From Macrostomum hystrix (lineage: Eukaryota > Animalia > Platyhelminthes), in assembly GCA_950097015.1 (NCBI GenBank), contig CATNEN010000039.1, positions 16,368,001-16,432,000 on the forward strand: a DNA stretch of 64,000 nucleotides, given 5' to 3'. How positions within the stretch are numbered: the stretch's first letter is position 1; each line of letters begins with the position of its first letter. A model generated the notes under the pieces. The model had not been told where the DNA came from and ran no database searches. It saw only the letters and a program-made list of their open reading frames with translations. The position numbers and the translations under genes are program-made. Of the stretch, positions 22,001 to 34,108 are shown piece by piece.

Positions 22001-25000
22001 AAAGAGTTGGAGAGTTAAAGAGTTGGAGAGTTGAAGAGTTGGAGAGTTGGAGAGTTGGAGAGTTAAAGAGTTAAAGAGTTGGAGAGTTAAAGAGTTGGAG
22101 AGTTGGAGAGTTAAAGAGTTGGAGAGTTAAAGAGTTGGAGAGTTAAAGAGTTGGAGAGTTAAAGAGTTGGAGAGTTAAAGAGTTAAAGAGTTGGAGAGTT
22201 AAAGAGTTGGAGAGTTAAAGAGTTGGAGAGTTAAAGAGTTGGAGAGTTAAAGAGTTGGAGAGTTGGAGAGTTGGAGAGTTGGAGAGTTAAAGAGTTAAAG
22301 AGTTGGAGAGTTAAAGAGTTGGAGAGTTGGAGAGTTAAAGAGTTGGAGAGTTAAAGAGTTGGAGAGTTAAAGAGTTAAAGAGTTGGAGAGTTAAAGAGTT
22401 GGAGAGTTAAAGAGTTGGAGAGTTAAAGAGTTGGAGAGTTAAAGAGTTGGAGAGTTAAAGAGTTAAAGAGTTGGAGAGTTAAAGAGTTGGAGAGTTGGAG
22501 AGTTGGAGAGTTAAAGAGTTGGAGAGTTAAAGAGTTGGAGAGTTAAAGAGTTGGAGAGTTGGAGAGTTGGAGAGTTAAAGAGTTGGAGAGTTAAAGAGTT
22601 GGAGAGTTAAAGAGTTGGAGAGTTAAAGAGTTGGAGAGTTAAAGAGTTAAAGAGTTGGAGAGTTGGAGAGTTGGAGAGTTGGAGAGTTAAAGAGTTGGAG
22701 AGTTAAAGAGTTGGAGAGTTAAAGAGTTGGAGAGTTAAAGAGTTGGAGAGTTGGAGAGTTAAAGAGTTGGAGAGTTAAAGAGTTGGAGAGTTAGAGAGTT
22801 AAAGAGTTGGAGAGTTGGAGAGTTGGAGAGTTTAAGAGTTGGAGAGTTAAAGAGTTGGAGAGTTAAAGAGTTGGAGAGTTAAAGAGTTGGAGAGTTAAAG
22901 AGTTGGAGAGTTGGAGAGTTGGAGAGTTAAAGAGTTGGAGAGTTAAAGAGTTGGAGAGTTAAAGAGTTGGAGAGTTGGAGAGTTAAAGAGTTGGAGAGTT
23001 GGAGAGTTAAAGAGTTGGAGAGTTAAAGAGTTGGAGAGTTAAAGAGTTGGAGAGTTGGAGAGTTAAAGAGTTGGAGAGTTGGAGAGTTAAAGAGTTAAAG
23101 AGTTGGAGAGTTGGAGAGTTAAATAGTTGGAGAGTTGGAGAGTTGGAGAGTTAAAGAGTTGGAGAGTTGGAGAGTTGGAGAGTTAAAGAGTTGGAGAGTT
23201 AAAGAGTTGGAGAGTTAAAGAGTTGGAGAGTTAAAGAGTTGGAGAGTTAAAGAGTTGGAGAGTTGGAGAGTTGGAGAGTTGGAGAGTTGGAGAGTTGGAG
23301 AGTTAAAGAGTTGGAGAGTTGGAGAGTTAAAGAGTTGGAGAGTTAAAGAGTTGGAGAGTTAAAGAGTTGGAGAGTTAAAGAGTTGGAGAGTTAAAGAGTT
23401 GGAGAGTTAAAGAGTTGGAGAGTTAAAGAGTTGGAGAGTTAAAGAGTTGGAGAGTTGGAGAGTTAAAGAGTTGGAGAGTTGGAGAGTTAAAGAGTTGGAG
23501 AGTTAAAGAGTTGGAGAGTTAAAGAGTTGGAGAGTTGGAGAGTTAAAGAGTTGGAGAGTTGGAGAGTTAAAGAGTTAAAGAGTTGGAGAGTTAAAGAGTT
23601 GGAGAGTTGGAGAGTTAAAGAGTTGGAGAGTTAAAGAGTTGGAGAGTTAAAGAGTTGGAGAGTTAAAGAGTTGGAGAGTTAAAGAGTTAAAGAGTTGGAG
23701 AGTTAAAGAGTTGGAGAGTTAAAGAGTTGGAGAGTTAAAGAGTTGGAGAGTTAAAGAGTTGGAGAGTTGGAGAGTTGGAGAGTTAAAGAGTTGGAGAGTT
23801 AAAGAGTTGGAGAGTTAAAGAGTTGGAGAGTTAAAGAGTTGGAGAGTTAAAGAGTTGGAGAGTTAAAGAGTTGGTGAGTTGGAGAGTTAAAGAGTTGGAG
23901 AGTTAAAGAGTTGGAGAGGTAAAGAGTTGGAGAGTTAAAGAGTTGGTGAGTTGGAGAGTTAAAGAGTTGGAGAGTTGGAGAGTTAAAGAGTTGGAGAGTT
24001 GAAGAGTTGGAGAGTTAAAGAGTTGGAGAGTTGAAGAGTTGGAGAGTTAAAGAGTTGGAGAGTTAAAGAGTTGGAGAGTTAAAGAGTTGGAGAGTTAAAG
24101 AGTTGGAGAGTTGGAGAGTTGGAGAGTTGGAGAGTTGGAGAGTTAAAGAGTTGGAGAGTTAAAGAGTTGGAGAGTTAAAGAGTTGGAGAGTTAAAGAGTT
24201 GGAGAGTTGGAGAGTTGGAGAGTTGGAGAGTTAAAGAGTTGGAGAGTTGGAGAGTTGGAGAGTTGGAGAGTTAAAGAGTTGGAGAGTTGGAGAGTTAAAG
24301 AGTTGGAGAGTTGGAGAGTTGGAGAGTTAAAGAGTTGGAGAGTTAAAGAGTTGGAGAGTTGGAGAGTTAAAGAGTTGGAGAGTTGGAGAGTTAAAGAGTT
24401 GGAGAGTTGGAGAGTTAAAGAGTTGGAGAGTTGGAGAGTTAAAGAGTTGGAGAGTTAAAGAGTTGGAGAGTTGGAGAGTTGGAGAGTTAAAGAGTTGGAG
24501 AGTTAAAGAGTTGGAGAGTTAAAGAGTTGGAGAGTTAAAGAGTTGGAGAGTTAAAGAGTTAAAGAGTTGGAGAGTTAAAGAGTTGGAGAGTTGGAGAGTT
24601 AAAGAGTTGGAGAGTTAAAGAGTTGGAGAGTTAAAGAGTTGGAGAGTTGGAGAGTTGGAGAGTTGGAGAGTTAAAGAGTTGGAGAGTTGGAGAGTTGGAG
24701 AGTTAAAGAGTTGGAGAGTTAAAGAGTTGGAGAGTTAAAGAGTTGGAGAGTTAAAGAGTTGGAGAGTTAAAGAGTTGGAGAGTTAAAGAGTTAAAGAGTT
24801 GGAGAGTTAAAGAGTTAAAGAGTTGGAGAGTTAAAGAGTTGGAGAGTTAAAGAGTTGGAGAGTTAAAGAGTTGGAGAGTTAAAGAGTTAAAGAGTTGGAG
24901 AGTTAAAGAGTTGGAGAGTTGGAGAGTTGGAGAGTTGGAGAGTTAAAGAGTTGGAGAGTTGGAGAGTTAAAGAGTTGGAGAGTTAAAGAGTTGGAGAGTT

Positions 25001-27230
25001 AAAGAGTTGGAGAGTTGGAGAGTTGGAGAGTTAAAGAGTTGGAGAGTTAAAGAGTTGGAGAGTTAAAGAGTTGGAGAGTTAAAGAGTTGGAGAGTTAAAG
25101 AGTTGGAGAGTTAAAGAGTTGGTGAGTTGGAGAGTTAAAGAGTTGGAGAGTTAAAGAGTTGGAGAGGTAAAGAGTTGGAGAGTTAAAGAGTTGGTGAGTT
25201 GGAGAGTTAAAGAGTTGGAGAGTTGGAGAGTTAAAGAGTTGGAGAGTTGAAGAGTTGGAGAGTTAAAGAGTTGGAGAGTTGAAGAGTTGGAGAGTTAAAG
25301 AGTTGGAGAGTTAAAGAGTTGGAGAGTTAAAGAGTTGGAGAGTTAAAGAGTTGGAGAGTTAAAGAGTTGGTGAGTTGGAGAGTTAAAGAGTTGGAGAGTT
25401 AAAGAGTTGGAGAGTTAAAGAGTTGGTGAGTTGGAGAGTTAAAGAGTTGGAGAGTTAAAGAGTTGGAGAGTTAAAGAGTTGGAGAGTTAAAGAGTTGGTG
25501 AGTTGGAGAGTTAAAGAGTTGGAGAGTTGGAGAGTTAAAGAGTTGGAGAGTTAAAGAGTTGGAGAGTTAAAGAGTTGGTGAGTTGGAGAGTTGGAGAGTT
25601 AAATAGTTGGAGAGTTGGAGAGTTGGAGAGTTAAAGAGTTGGAGAGTTAAAGAGTTGGAGAGTTAAAGAGTTGGAGAGTTAAAGAGTTGGAGAGTTAAAG
25701 AGTTGGAGAGTTAAAGAGTTGGTGAGTTGGAGAGTTAAAGAGTTGGAGAGTTGGAGAGTTAAAGACTTGGAGAGTTAAAGAGTTGGAGAGTTGGAGAGTT
25801 AAAGAGTTGGAGAGTTGAAGAGTTGGAGAGTTAAAGAGTTGGAGAGTTGGAGAGTTGGAGAGTTAAAGAGTTGGAGAGTTGGAGAGTTAAAGAGTTGGTG
25901 AGTTGAAGAGTTAAAGAGTTGGTGAGTTGGAGAGTTAAAGAGTTGGAGAGTTGGAGAGTTGGAGAGTTAAAGAGTTGGAGAGTTAAAGAGTTGGAGAGTT
26001 AAAGAGTTGGAGAGTTAAAGAGTTGGAGAGTTAAAGAGTTGGAGAGTTAAAGAGTTGGTGAGTTGGAGAGTTAAAGAGTTGGAGAGTTAAAGAGTTGGAG
26101 AGGTAAAGAGTTGGAGAGTTAAAGAGTTGGTGAGTTGGAGAGTTAAAGAGTTGGAGAGTTGGAGAGTTAAAGAGTTGGAGAGTTGAAGAGTTGGAGAGTT
26201 AAAGAGTTGGAGAGTTGAAGAGTTGGAGAGTTAAAGAGTTGGAGAGTTAAAGAGTTGGAGAGTTAAAGAGTTGGAGAGTTAAAGAGTTGGAGAGTTAAAG
26301 AGTTGGTGAGTTGGAGAGTTAAAGAGTTGGAGAGTTAAAGAGTTGGAGAGTTAAAGAGTTGGTGAGTTGGAGAGTTAAAGAGTTGGAGAGTTAAAGAGTT
26401 GGAGAGTTAAAGAGTTGGAGAGTTAAAGAGTTGGTGAGTTGGAGAGTTAAAGAGTTGGAGAGTTGGAGAGTTAAAGAGTTGGAGAGTTAAAGAGTTGGAG
26501 AGTTAAAGAGTTGGTGAGTTGGAGAGTTGGAGAGTTAAATAGTTGGAGAGTTGGAGAGTTGGAGAGTTAAAGAGTTGGAGAGTTAAAGAGTTGGAGAGTT
26601 AAAGAGTTGGAGAGTTAAAGAGTTGGAGAGTTAAAGAGTTGGAGAGTTAAAGAGTTGGTGAGTTGGAGAGTTAAAGAGTTGGAGAGTTGGAGAGTTAAAG
26701 ACTTGGAGAGTTAAAGAGTTGGAGAGTTGGAGAGTTAAAGAGTTGGAGAGTTGAAGAGTTGGAGAGTTAAAGAGTTGGAGAGTTGGAGAGTTGGAGAGTT
26801 AAAGAGTTGGAGAGTTGGAGAGTTAAAGAGTTGGTGAGTTGAAGAGTTAAAGAGTTGGTGAGTTGGAGAGTTAAAGAGTTGGAGAGTTAGAGAGTTGGAG
26901 AGTTGGAGAGTTAAAGAGTTAAAGAGTTGGAGAGTTAAAGAGTTGGAGAGTTGGAGAGTTAAAGACTTGGAGAGTTAAAGAGTTGGAGAGTTGGAGAGTT
27001 AAAGAGTTGGAGAGTTGAAGAGTTGGAGAGTTAAAGAGTTGGAGAGTTGGAGAGTTGGAGAGTTAAAGAGTTGGAGAGTTGGAGAGTTAAAGAGTTGGTG
27101 AGTTGAAGAGTTAAAGAGTTGGTGAGTTGGAGAGTTAAAGAGTTGGTGAGTTGAAGAGTTGGAGAGTTGGAGAGTTAAAGAGTTGAAGAGTTGAAGAGTT
27201 AAAGTTTTAAAGAGTTAAATAGTTAAAGAC
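10015..27230. repeat. About 17.2 kb satellite of two interspersed octamers GGAGAGTT / AAAGAGTT
   Basis: Directly visible; rare variants GGTGAGTT, GAAGAGTT, AAATAGTT, AAAGACTT. Confidence 0.99.
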
Positions 27231-27324
27231 TGCACTCATTTTATCGAAAAAGGCTCATAAAATAAATGTACCGTGATGCAAATGTTGACGATAGCTAAAT
27301 ATATGAATGCATTCATTCTTTCTG

Positions 27325-27475
27325 TGGTGTGGGGTTGAAGCTTAGTATTTAGAGCTTCGGACCCACGAACTTGAGGGTCTAGGGTTCGATTCCCGACTGC
27401 ACTGGAACACTTTGTGTCCAGTGCAGTGCAAGACACTGTGTTGCTTCAGTTCACCCAGCTGTTAAAATGGATATT
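27325..27475 (+). mobile_element. tRNA-derived SINE with CORE-like body
   Basis: B box GGTTCGATTCC followed by TTGTGTCC...CAAGACACT...TGCTTCAGTTCACCCAGCTGTTAAAATGG; related copy at about 43800-43925. Confidence 0.6.
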
Positions 27476-27572
27476 CGTGTGTTCTTTGCCGCATGCTAAC
27501 AGATTTTGTATTTTTATTCGTTGCTTCTAAAAATATCGAGCTAAATAAATCAGCTGCAAAGTCTGTTGCGAA

Positions 27573-27796
27573 GACACCCAATACTGTTAGACACCCAATA
27601 CTGTTAGACACCCAATACTGTTAGACACCCAATACTGTTAGACACCCAATACTGTTAGACACCCAATACTGTTAGACACCCAATACTGTTAGACACCCAA
27701 TACTGTTAGACACCCAATACTGTTAGACACCCAATACTGTTAGACACCCAATACTGTTAGACACCCAATACTGTTAGACACCCAATACTGTTAGAC
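27573..27796. repeat. 17-bp minisatellite (AGACACCCAATACTGTT)n, about 13 copies
   Basis: Directly visible; abuts a BIR-coding segment. Confidence 0.97.
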
Positions 27797-28726
27797 CTGC
27801 TTACCTGCTTCGGATTATCTCGCCTTCAAAAGCCGTCAGAAATCATTCTCGGGCATTGTTGACGAGGCGACCGCTCAGCAGCAGGCACAGAACGGATTCT
27901 ACAGTAACTCTCTCGATGGAGCTAGCTGCTTTGTCTGCGGCGCCAGCTCTGTTAAATTGAGCCAAGCTGCAGCTCAGGAGGACTCGAACCATCGACCTGG
28001 ATGTTTGCTTCCGCGGCTGCTGCAGCTGTTGCAAAAAAATGGCGCCGTGACGGAAACTGACATTGCGGTGGATTTGGCCAGACTACAAAATACTGTAATG
28101 CGACTTTTCCTGTTTCTGACTGATCAGAAAGTCGCATTTGTTGAATCTTTTGGATTCTCAAAATCCCAAACAATCCTAGGAGCACTTCGCCTGGCCTTTA
28201 AAACTAATTTCAAAGAGAATGGCTGGAAACTGGTGAGCTGATAGAGATTCTGCAGTCCTTCAACGAGGAGGTCTCCGCTCTGGCTGAAATTGTGTCGAGT
28301 CTTCTAAGGTCCTTGAGTCAGGGCGCTAGTCAAGGCTACAGCATAGGCAGCACAAGGACACAGCCTAATTTAATTCAAAATGAGCCGATTGGCACAACAA
28401 TCAGACCATGCGGCAGGTGAGGGACATCAATTTTTACCTCGACCTCAATTTGTCTTTTCTCGCTGCTTAATCTGAGCAATTTTTACCTGCTTCAAACAAT
28501 AACCCACAGCGCCTCAGTACAAGCTCCTAGTGTGGAAGCGAAACCACAAAGCGAACTAATTGAAGGCAGTCCATTTTGCACAATGTGCAAGACGCGGTCG
28601 CGCGATGTGGTCCTGCTTCCGTGCGCGCACCTCCTGTACTGCCGTCAGTGCGTCCTGGGAGCTCAAAGGTGTCCGCAGTGCGGTTCGCACATTTTGGCTG
28701 AGAAGAACGCATTTCTGACCTTATAG
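27795..28726 (+). pseudogene. IAP-like gene 3 (divergent BIR, UBA-like, RING) with one frameshift; exons about 27795-28416 and 28510-28726
   Basis: DYLAFKSRQKSFSG...AQNGFYSNSLDGASCFVCG...NHRPGCLL; VAFVESFGFSK; frameshift about 28210-28230 into TGELIEIL (paralogues TGDLIRLV, PGDIIRII); phase-2 intron 28417-28509; RING CTMC...LLPCAHLLYCRQC...CPQC. No 5' exon found. The frameshift could be an assembly error. Confidence 0.75.
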
Positions 28727-29228
28727 GGAACTGACGATGCTGTGGCCTCCTAAACCCCACGACGCATACGTCATCAGCTGCCGGCTGGGTCAGACTCTTG
28801 TGGTAAGCATCAGTTATAAATGGCTTATGGCACTACCGACCGGGCTTAACCCTTTGAAGATTCCGCTCAAAACGAAACTGGACATAAAAGTGAAGGTAAC
28901 TGTGTGGCTTTAGCATACATTACATTACATTATATAGCACAGTAACACAACTGTTCTTCAGAAAAATCTTCAAAGATTTGGGTTTGGGACTTATGATGGA
29001 ATTAGGATGTCTAAGCCTAAAGCAGTAATGTATCGATGCACATTGCTGCCAGTAGAAAGGAAGCGGCAGAAACTTTGGGTTTCACACTTGATTATGCTAC
29101 CTGCCGTGCCCCACAACATTTGATACTCGATTCTATTTCTTAATAGGTGAAATGTACGAGGCAAAGTGCCAGAGCCGTTATAAATAATTCAATTTCTAGA
29201 GATTAGAAAAACATTTAAATTTTTGAAT

Positions 29229-29449
29229 TCATCGTTTATATTCATCGTTGACATAATGTTCGCAGTTGATATAGGTTTCAGTGAGGTAATTAGATTTAGA
29301 AATCAGTTTAATGCACTTTTCTGATGGAGGGCAAAAATTTTCAGAGAAATGTCCCGGCTGTGGATCTACATCTCGTTTCACGTAGGAAAGGCATGGTACC
29401 AGATCACGTTCTAGATCATTGATCAAGTTAAATACACTCGCTTTATTGC
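29229..29449 (-). pseudogene. Inverted fragment of exon 2 of the Ly6/uPAR-like gene family
   Basis: NKASVFNLINDLERDLVPCLSYV...ENFCPPSEKCIKLI...INCE matches exon 2 of the forward copies; no exon 1 attached. Confidence 0.8.
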
Positions 29450-30090
29450 GAGAACAATTGACAGAACCCCTCCCTGTCGAATGAGATATAGGATCTCGGA
29501 TGTAGGATCAGCGGCATCCCATATTGGATGTATTTTCTGGGATATGGGATCTGTGGCACAGGATGCGGGATCTGAGGTGCGGAGAAATCTGAGAAAGAAC
29601 GATTTGATGTGACTGAAGAAAAGTCACTAGCTTTCGTTAACCTGGCTCTGTCTAAAAAGTCTGTCAAATATGGGCCCATGGGAAACATTCATTCGATGCT
29701 TGTAAAGTGCAATACTTCTTTGTTAGAGAGAAACTCCAGTAAGCTAGAAAGATTTCTAATAGTACAACACAAAAGTTCATCTCAGAAAAGTAATGCATGA
29801 AAAACGCAAAGTAGAGCTGAAATTTGTCATAGACAAAAGGCGGGCACCCCTGTGTCAGCCAGCACTGCCATAGACCGAGCCGGCTCGGACCTGTACTTTC
29901 TGCAGCATATTGAAGGGGCAGCGGCCCGAAACGAAGAATCAAATCCAACAACTGACAACACTGGACTAAGCATTCTGGCCGATTCTACTCAGCCGTTGCA
30001 AACCTGATCAGCAATTCAACTGCCACCTGCCAGCTAATCGACCAAATCTAACTGGGCTATTCGGAATCGAAGCTGGCAATCGTGACGACT

Positions 30091-30782
30091 ATGAAGCTGG
30101 TTATTGTTTGCGTGTTTCTTGCACTTGGAGGCATCCAGCTGGCTGATTGTATTAAATGTATCTGGTCGAGAAATAGAAGAGTAAAATTTTACGAATATAA
30201 GAATGACCATACTGAAACAGATTGTACTCCTGCGAACGTCACCAAGTGTAAAGTGGAATATCATCCAACTCATGGTGATGTTGAATTTCCTGAAGTGGTG
30301 AGCGACCGAATGAATTAAACTACTTTGATTAGCATATCAATTCGAAATCATAAAGCTACAGTTCGCCCTATAAATTTTACCCTATGCGGAAACTTTTTTA
30401 GGCACTGAAATATGGTTGCGGCGCCTGTCCTCCTACAAAATATTGCAAAGACTGCACGGGTGATAACTGCAATAAAGCGAGTGTATTTAACTTGACCAAT
30501 GATCTAAAACGTGATCTGGTACCATGCTTTTTCAAGTCGGAAGTGTTTTTCCCTGGTCAAGGCGTATTCCCAAGTCTCACAGAAGAAAATTTTTGCCCTC
30601 CATCCGAAAGGTGCTTTAAAATGGTTACTAAAAATTCTATACCCGAAGTGCATTTGAAAACCCTCATCGGCTGTGAAGAAGCGGTTAGACGCACTCACAG
30701 AGATTCACAAAATGGCTATCTTTTAAAGCTTGAAGGCTACGAATGCAAACCAAACCCAGAACAATCTGCTTGCATCCCATAG
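30091..30782 (+). CDS. Ly6/uPAR (three-finger)-like secreted protein, copy A; exons 30091-30297 and 30402-30782
   Basis: Signal peptide MKLVIVCVFLALGGIQLADC; IKC at mature N-terminus; phase-0 intron GTG|GTGAGC...TTTTAG|GCA; YGCGACPPTKYCKDCTGDNCN (LU-like C-terminal CxxxxCN); second Cys domain ending SACIP*; no membrane anchor. Confidence 0.7.
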
Positions 30783-31257
30783 AGTCTCCATGCTGATTCT
30801 GCGACTATTCTGCAAAATCTCTCTTATTACGCTTACCGTTTATGTCTATGTCAGCTTATTTCACTTGTCTCGCTAGAAAATTAATGAGGTCTTGAAAAAC
30901 TCGCTGCTTATTTAATGTTTAACTTAACAGACTCCTTCAGCTTTGCTACACTCTAATATTTTTAACACTAACAAATTATTCAAATGCACAAAGCCAAACA
31001 CAATAGCTAATCGACGATTTTTTACGCAAACCATCCCGTATTAATTTTGCGGCGCAACTAATGTTTTCTGCATGCGTTTTAACTTTAATAGAGCTATCTT
31101 TTAGTTGCACAGAGTACAACAATAAAATAGAATGAAAAATCATTTTTGGTTTTAGTAAATTTCACTAGCAAATTTTGCCCCCCTACAGGGAGCAGAAATA
31201 TTTTTAATTCGTCTAGTATATACTTTTTAGCTGCTGTATTTTCAGTTTTTTAAGCTA

Positions 31258-31528
31258 TAATGATCCCCCAGTTGACAATGATCCCCCAGTTGACAATGAT
31301 CCCCCAGTTGACAATGATCCCCCAGTTGACAATGATCCCCTAGTTGACGATGATCCCCCAGTTGACAATGATCCCCCAGTTGACAATGATCCCCCAGTTG
31401 ACAATGATCCCCCAGTTGACAATGATCCCCCAGTTGATGATGATCCCCCAGTTGACAATGATCCCCCAGTTGATGATGATCCCCCAGTTGATGATGACCC
31501 CCATTTATGATGATCCCCAGTTGACAAT
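31258..31528. repeat. 18-bp minisatellite (AATGATCCCCCAGTTGAC)n
   Basis: Visible; homologous arrays at about 41000-41238 and about 52268-52556 downstream of each LU-like copy. Confidence 0.95.
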
Positions 31529-31682
31529 GTTCTCCAGCTGCTTTTGTATAAAATTGAGAAGAACAATTTAGTTAAATGAATATTAGGCAAAATTATTATC
31601 ATACAAACATATATCATTATGACGTTATAAGATAACAAAATCAAAATGTAGACAATTCAGATCAATGACAAAAGAAAAATAG

Positions 31683-31861
31683 ATTTAAATTCTGGTTGGC
31701 TATGATTCAAACGCTGGTTCAGCCATGATTCAAACGCTGGTTGGCTATGATTCAAACTTGGGTTTAGCTATGATTCAAACTCTGGTTGGCCATGATTCAA
31801 ACTCTGGTTGGCTATGATTCAAACTCTGGTTGGCTATGATTCAAACTCTGGTTAGCTATGA
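31683..31861. repeat. 22-bp minisatellite (GGTTGGCTATGATTCAAACTCT)n
   Basis: Visible; homologous arrays at about 41393-41721 and about 52708-52832. Confidence 0.92.
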
Positions 31862-32212
31862 TGATAGGTAGCTGCTTTGGACTGCCCGAAACGGAACTTA
31901 ATTCCCGTCTGACTGAAATCGTCGGGGTGAATACCACAGGCGCGGTACGCTTCGCTGAGGTCCACCTTTGTCATAAAACAGCCTCTGGACAGCTTTATCG
32001 CAAAGTTATCGGCGCACGTGAGTCGCAGCTTCTCCTGGCTGACCCATCTGGAGTTCAAAGTGTTGTTCAAAGGCCGACTGCAGTCGGGAATAAGGCGCAC
32101 ACGATCACTATCTTTGGGCAGGGCTTCAAGGGCGCTGACCACTTTTGGACGTCCGCCGGTCGGGCACTCGCGATACCGCCCACACTTGAGCTCTTTGTTA
32201 ATCTGCGTTTAG
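31862..32212 (-). mobile_element. DIRS/Ngaro-type (tyrosine-recombinase retrotransposon) RT fragment
   Basis: SALEALPKDSDRVRLIPDCSRP...LN...GCFMTKVDLSEAYRACGIHPDDFSQTGIKF follows the DIRS RT pattern (PK..RLI.D.S.P; K.DL..AYR...HP.D...G). Confidence 0.75.
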
Positions 32213-32819
32213 ATTAAACAGTGACTAAGCATGCCAAACTTAACAAACCCAATGTGAAACTAAAGAATCAAATGCTTTCACTGTCAATTACTTTCTTCGA
32301 TCTCTTTCTGACTTGCTCATGCCAGTTTAAAGAAATGACTTCCCTGTACACCTGCTCACTGCTCACTACCTCACTTCCTGTCACCCATTGGTTTTGGTTT
32401 TTTTCCAATGTCCTTGCCGCGGAAAAACCACGGCACGGACAAGGGAAAACCTATTTAGCTTAGTAGAGAAAGGGAACTACATTCAACATTCGATTTGATT
32501 ATATTTACTCATAGTCCGTTACCAACGATGAGTTTAATTTCTGCCTGTTTCTGAAGTTTACTTTTTTGGTTAATATGTGTTGTTGAGAACTGTATTTCAC
32601 ATTGCATGTTTGTAGTTGAACTGTATCTGAGCGTGGTTCCCAGAATATTTAAATGCAGTTAAATAGAAAAAAACGTGTTAATCTCCGGTGGAGTATCCCT
32701 GCTCATGTCTATGGTAAAAGTCAAGGAGAGAGAAAAGAGAAAAAGAAGCTACTACGAGTCAAACCTAAACTACTTTTTTCTGTGTTTGTCCCAAAATAAG
32801 GCACAAATCTGACTAGTTG

Positions 32820-33335
32820 AAATGGGGGGAGCTTTAATTACCGCCGACGATGTAATTGAGAGCTATAATTTTCCGCTCTATCCGATGAAACAACTTCCAG
32901 AATCACAAAACACGGGCCAACTTTTTGTTGCGCAACTTCTGAAACAAGAATCAAGTCACCAGCTCTTTAGACCGTCGAGATATTAAATGTTTCTGGCCGA
33001 AGGCCAGGCCTTCAAAATTTATCAGCATGTCACCCAAATGTGCCTGCATCTCCGTCTTCGGTGTTTACCTGCATTTATCTATACCAATTTGCTGGACCTT
33101 CAAGGGCTACAACAGGTGGAAATAGGCCACTATGGACACCCTGACGCGAATTTATCCAATTTCACTGATCAAGCCTAAATATTAGGCGCAGCTCAACCAC
33201 ATGACACCATCGTCTAGTCTGTCAACCACCACAACCCAACGCTGTTAGCTTTCAGGCGCTGCCAAAAGAAATTGCAAGAGGGATCCCCCTTGGAATAAAA
33301 ACGGGCGGCAAAATGGATTGGTAGTCCTACTTTTA
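32820..33335. mobile_element. Copy of the piggyBac-like MITE (left end decayed)
   Basis: Homologous to 7380-7935; ends TTGGTAGTCCTACTTTTAA. Confidence 0.7.
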
Positions 33336-33740
33336 ATAGGCATGTTGTTCTATTGATTTGTAAAATAAAGGCCTATGTACTTGTGTAACTTATATTAGTG
33401 ACACTGCCTTAAGACCACAAGGAAATCTACGTTACATTAATTTAGTCTTGTCTAGCATATCCTAATAGTCCTTGATTAGGAGGTGAGTCTAGTAAAGCAA
33501 CAGGTTCTACTTTGCACCTGGGTACCTGAGCTCGAATTCAATCTTATTTCTGGCCAAGTCCAAGAAGACACAGTGAGAGTGTACACTGCTTAAAAAATGT
33601 TATCCGCCAGTTTTACAGCAAGGATTTAAAGTGGCCCGAAGCTTACTGCATGACCACTGGAACCCAATATCGCAAGAATAATCCCATACCCTATGCATCG
33701 AGAAAACATGTCCTTGCCAGTGTAATTCAGTCTCTCCTTG

Positions 33741-34108
33741 ATAATCTCACAGAATACTTCTTATTGACAATGTCACCTTGATAATCTCACAGAATATTTC
33801 TTATTGACAATGTCACCTTGATAATCTCACAGAATATTTCTTATTGACAATGTCACCTTGATAATCTCACAGAATATTTCTTATTGACAATGTCACCTTG
33901 ATAATCTCACAGAATATTTCTTATTGACAATGTCACCTTGATAATCTCACAGAATATTTCTTATTGACAATGTCACCTTGATAATCTCACAGAATATTTC
34001 TTATTGACAATGTCACCTTGATAATCTCACAGAATATTTCTTATTGACAATGTCACCTTGATAATCTCACAGAATATTTCTTATTGACAATGTCACCTTG
34101 ATAATCTC
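33741..34108. repeat. 40-bp minisatellite, 9 copies
   Basis: ATAATCTCACAGAATATTTCTTATTGACAATGTCACCTTG. Confidence 0.97.

Noticed and set aside
9929-24458. ORFs reading ESWRVKEL repeats
   Set aside because: Chance stop-free runs in the octamer satellite
10015-27230. Satellite as a telomeric array
   Set aside because: Units are not TTAGGG/TTAGG-type and the array is flanked by genes on both sides
29443-29951. ORFs in the LU 5' flank (both strands, repeated in each copy)
   Set aside because: No recognisable motifs, and frames differ between copies through indels; recurrence only reflects duplication
31255-31644. STGGSL-repeat protein with a hydrophobic N-terminus
   Set aside because: Antisense translation of the 18-bp array plus AT-rich flank; frame not kept in the third copy
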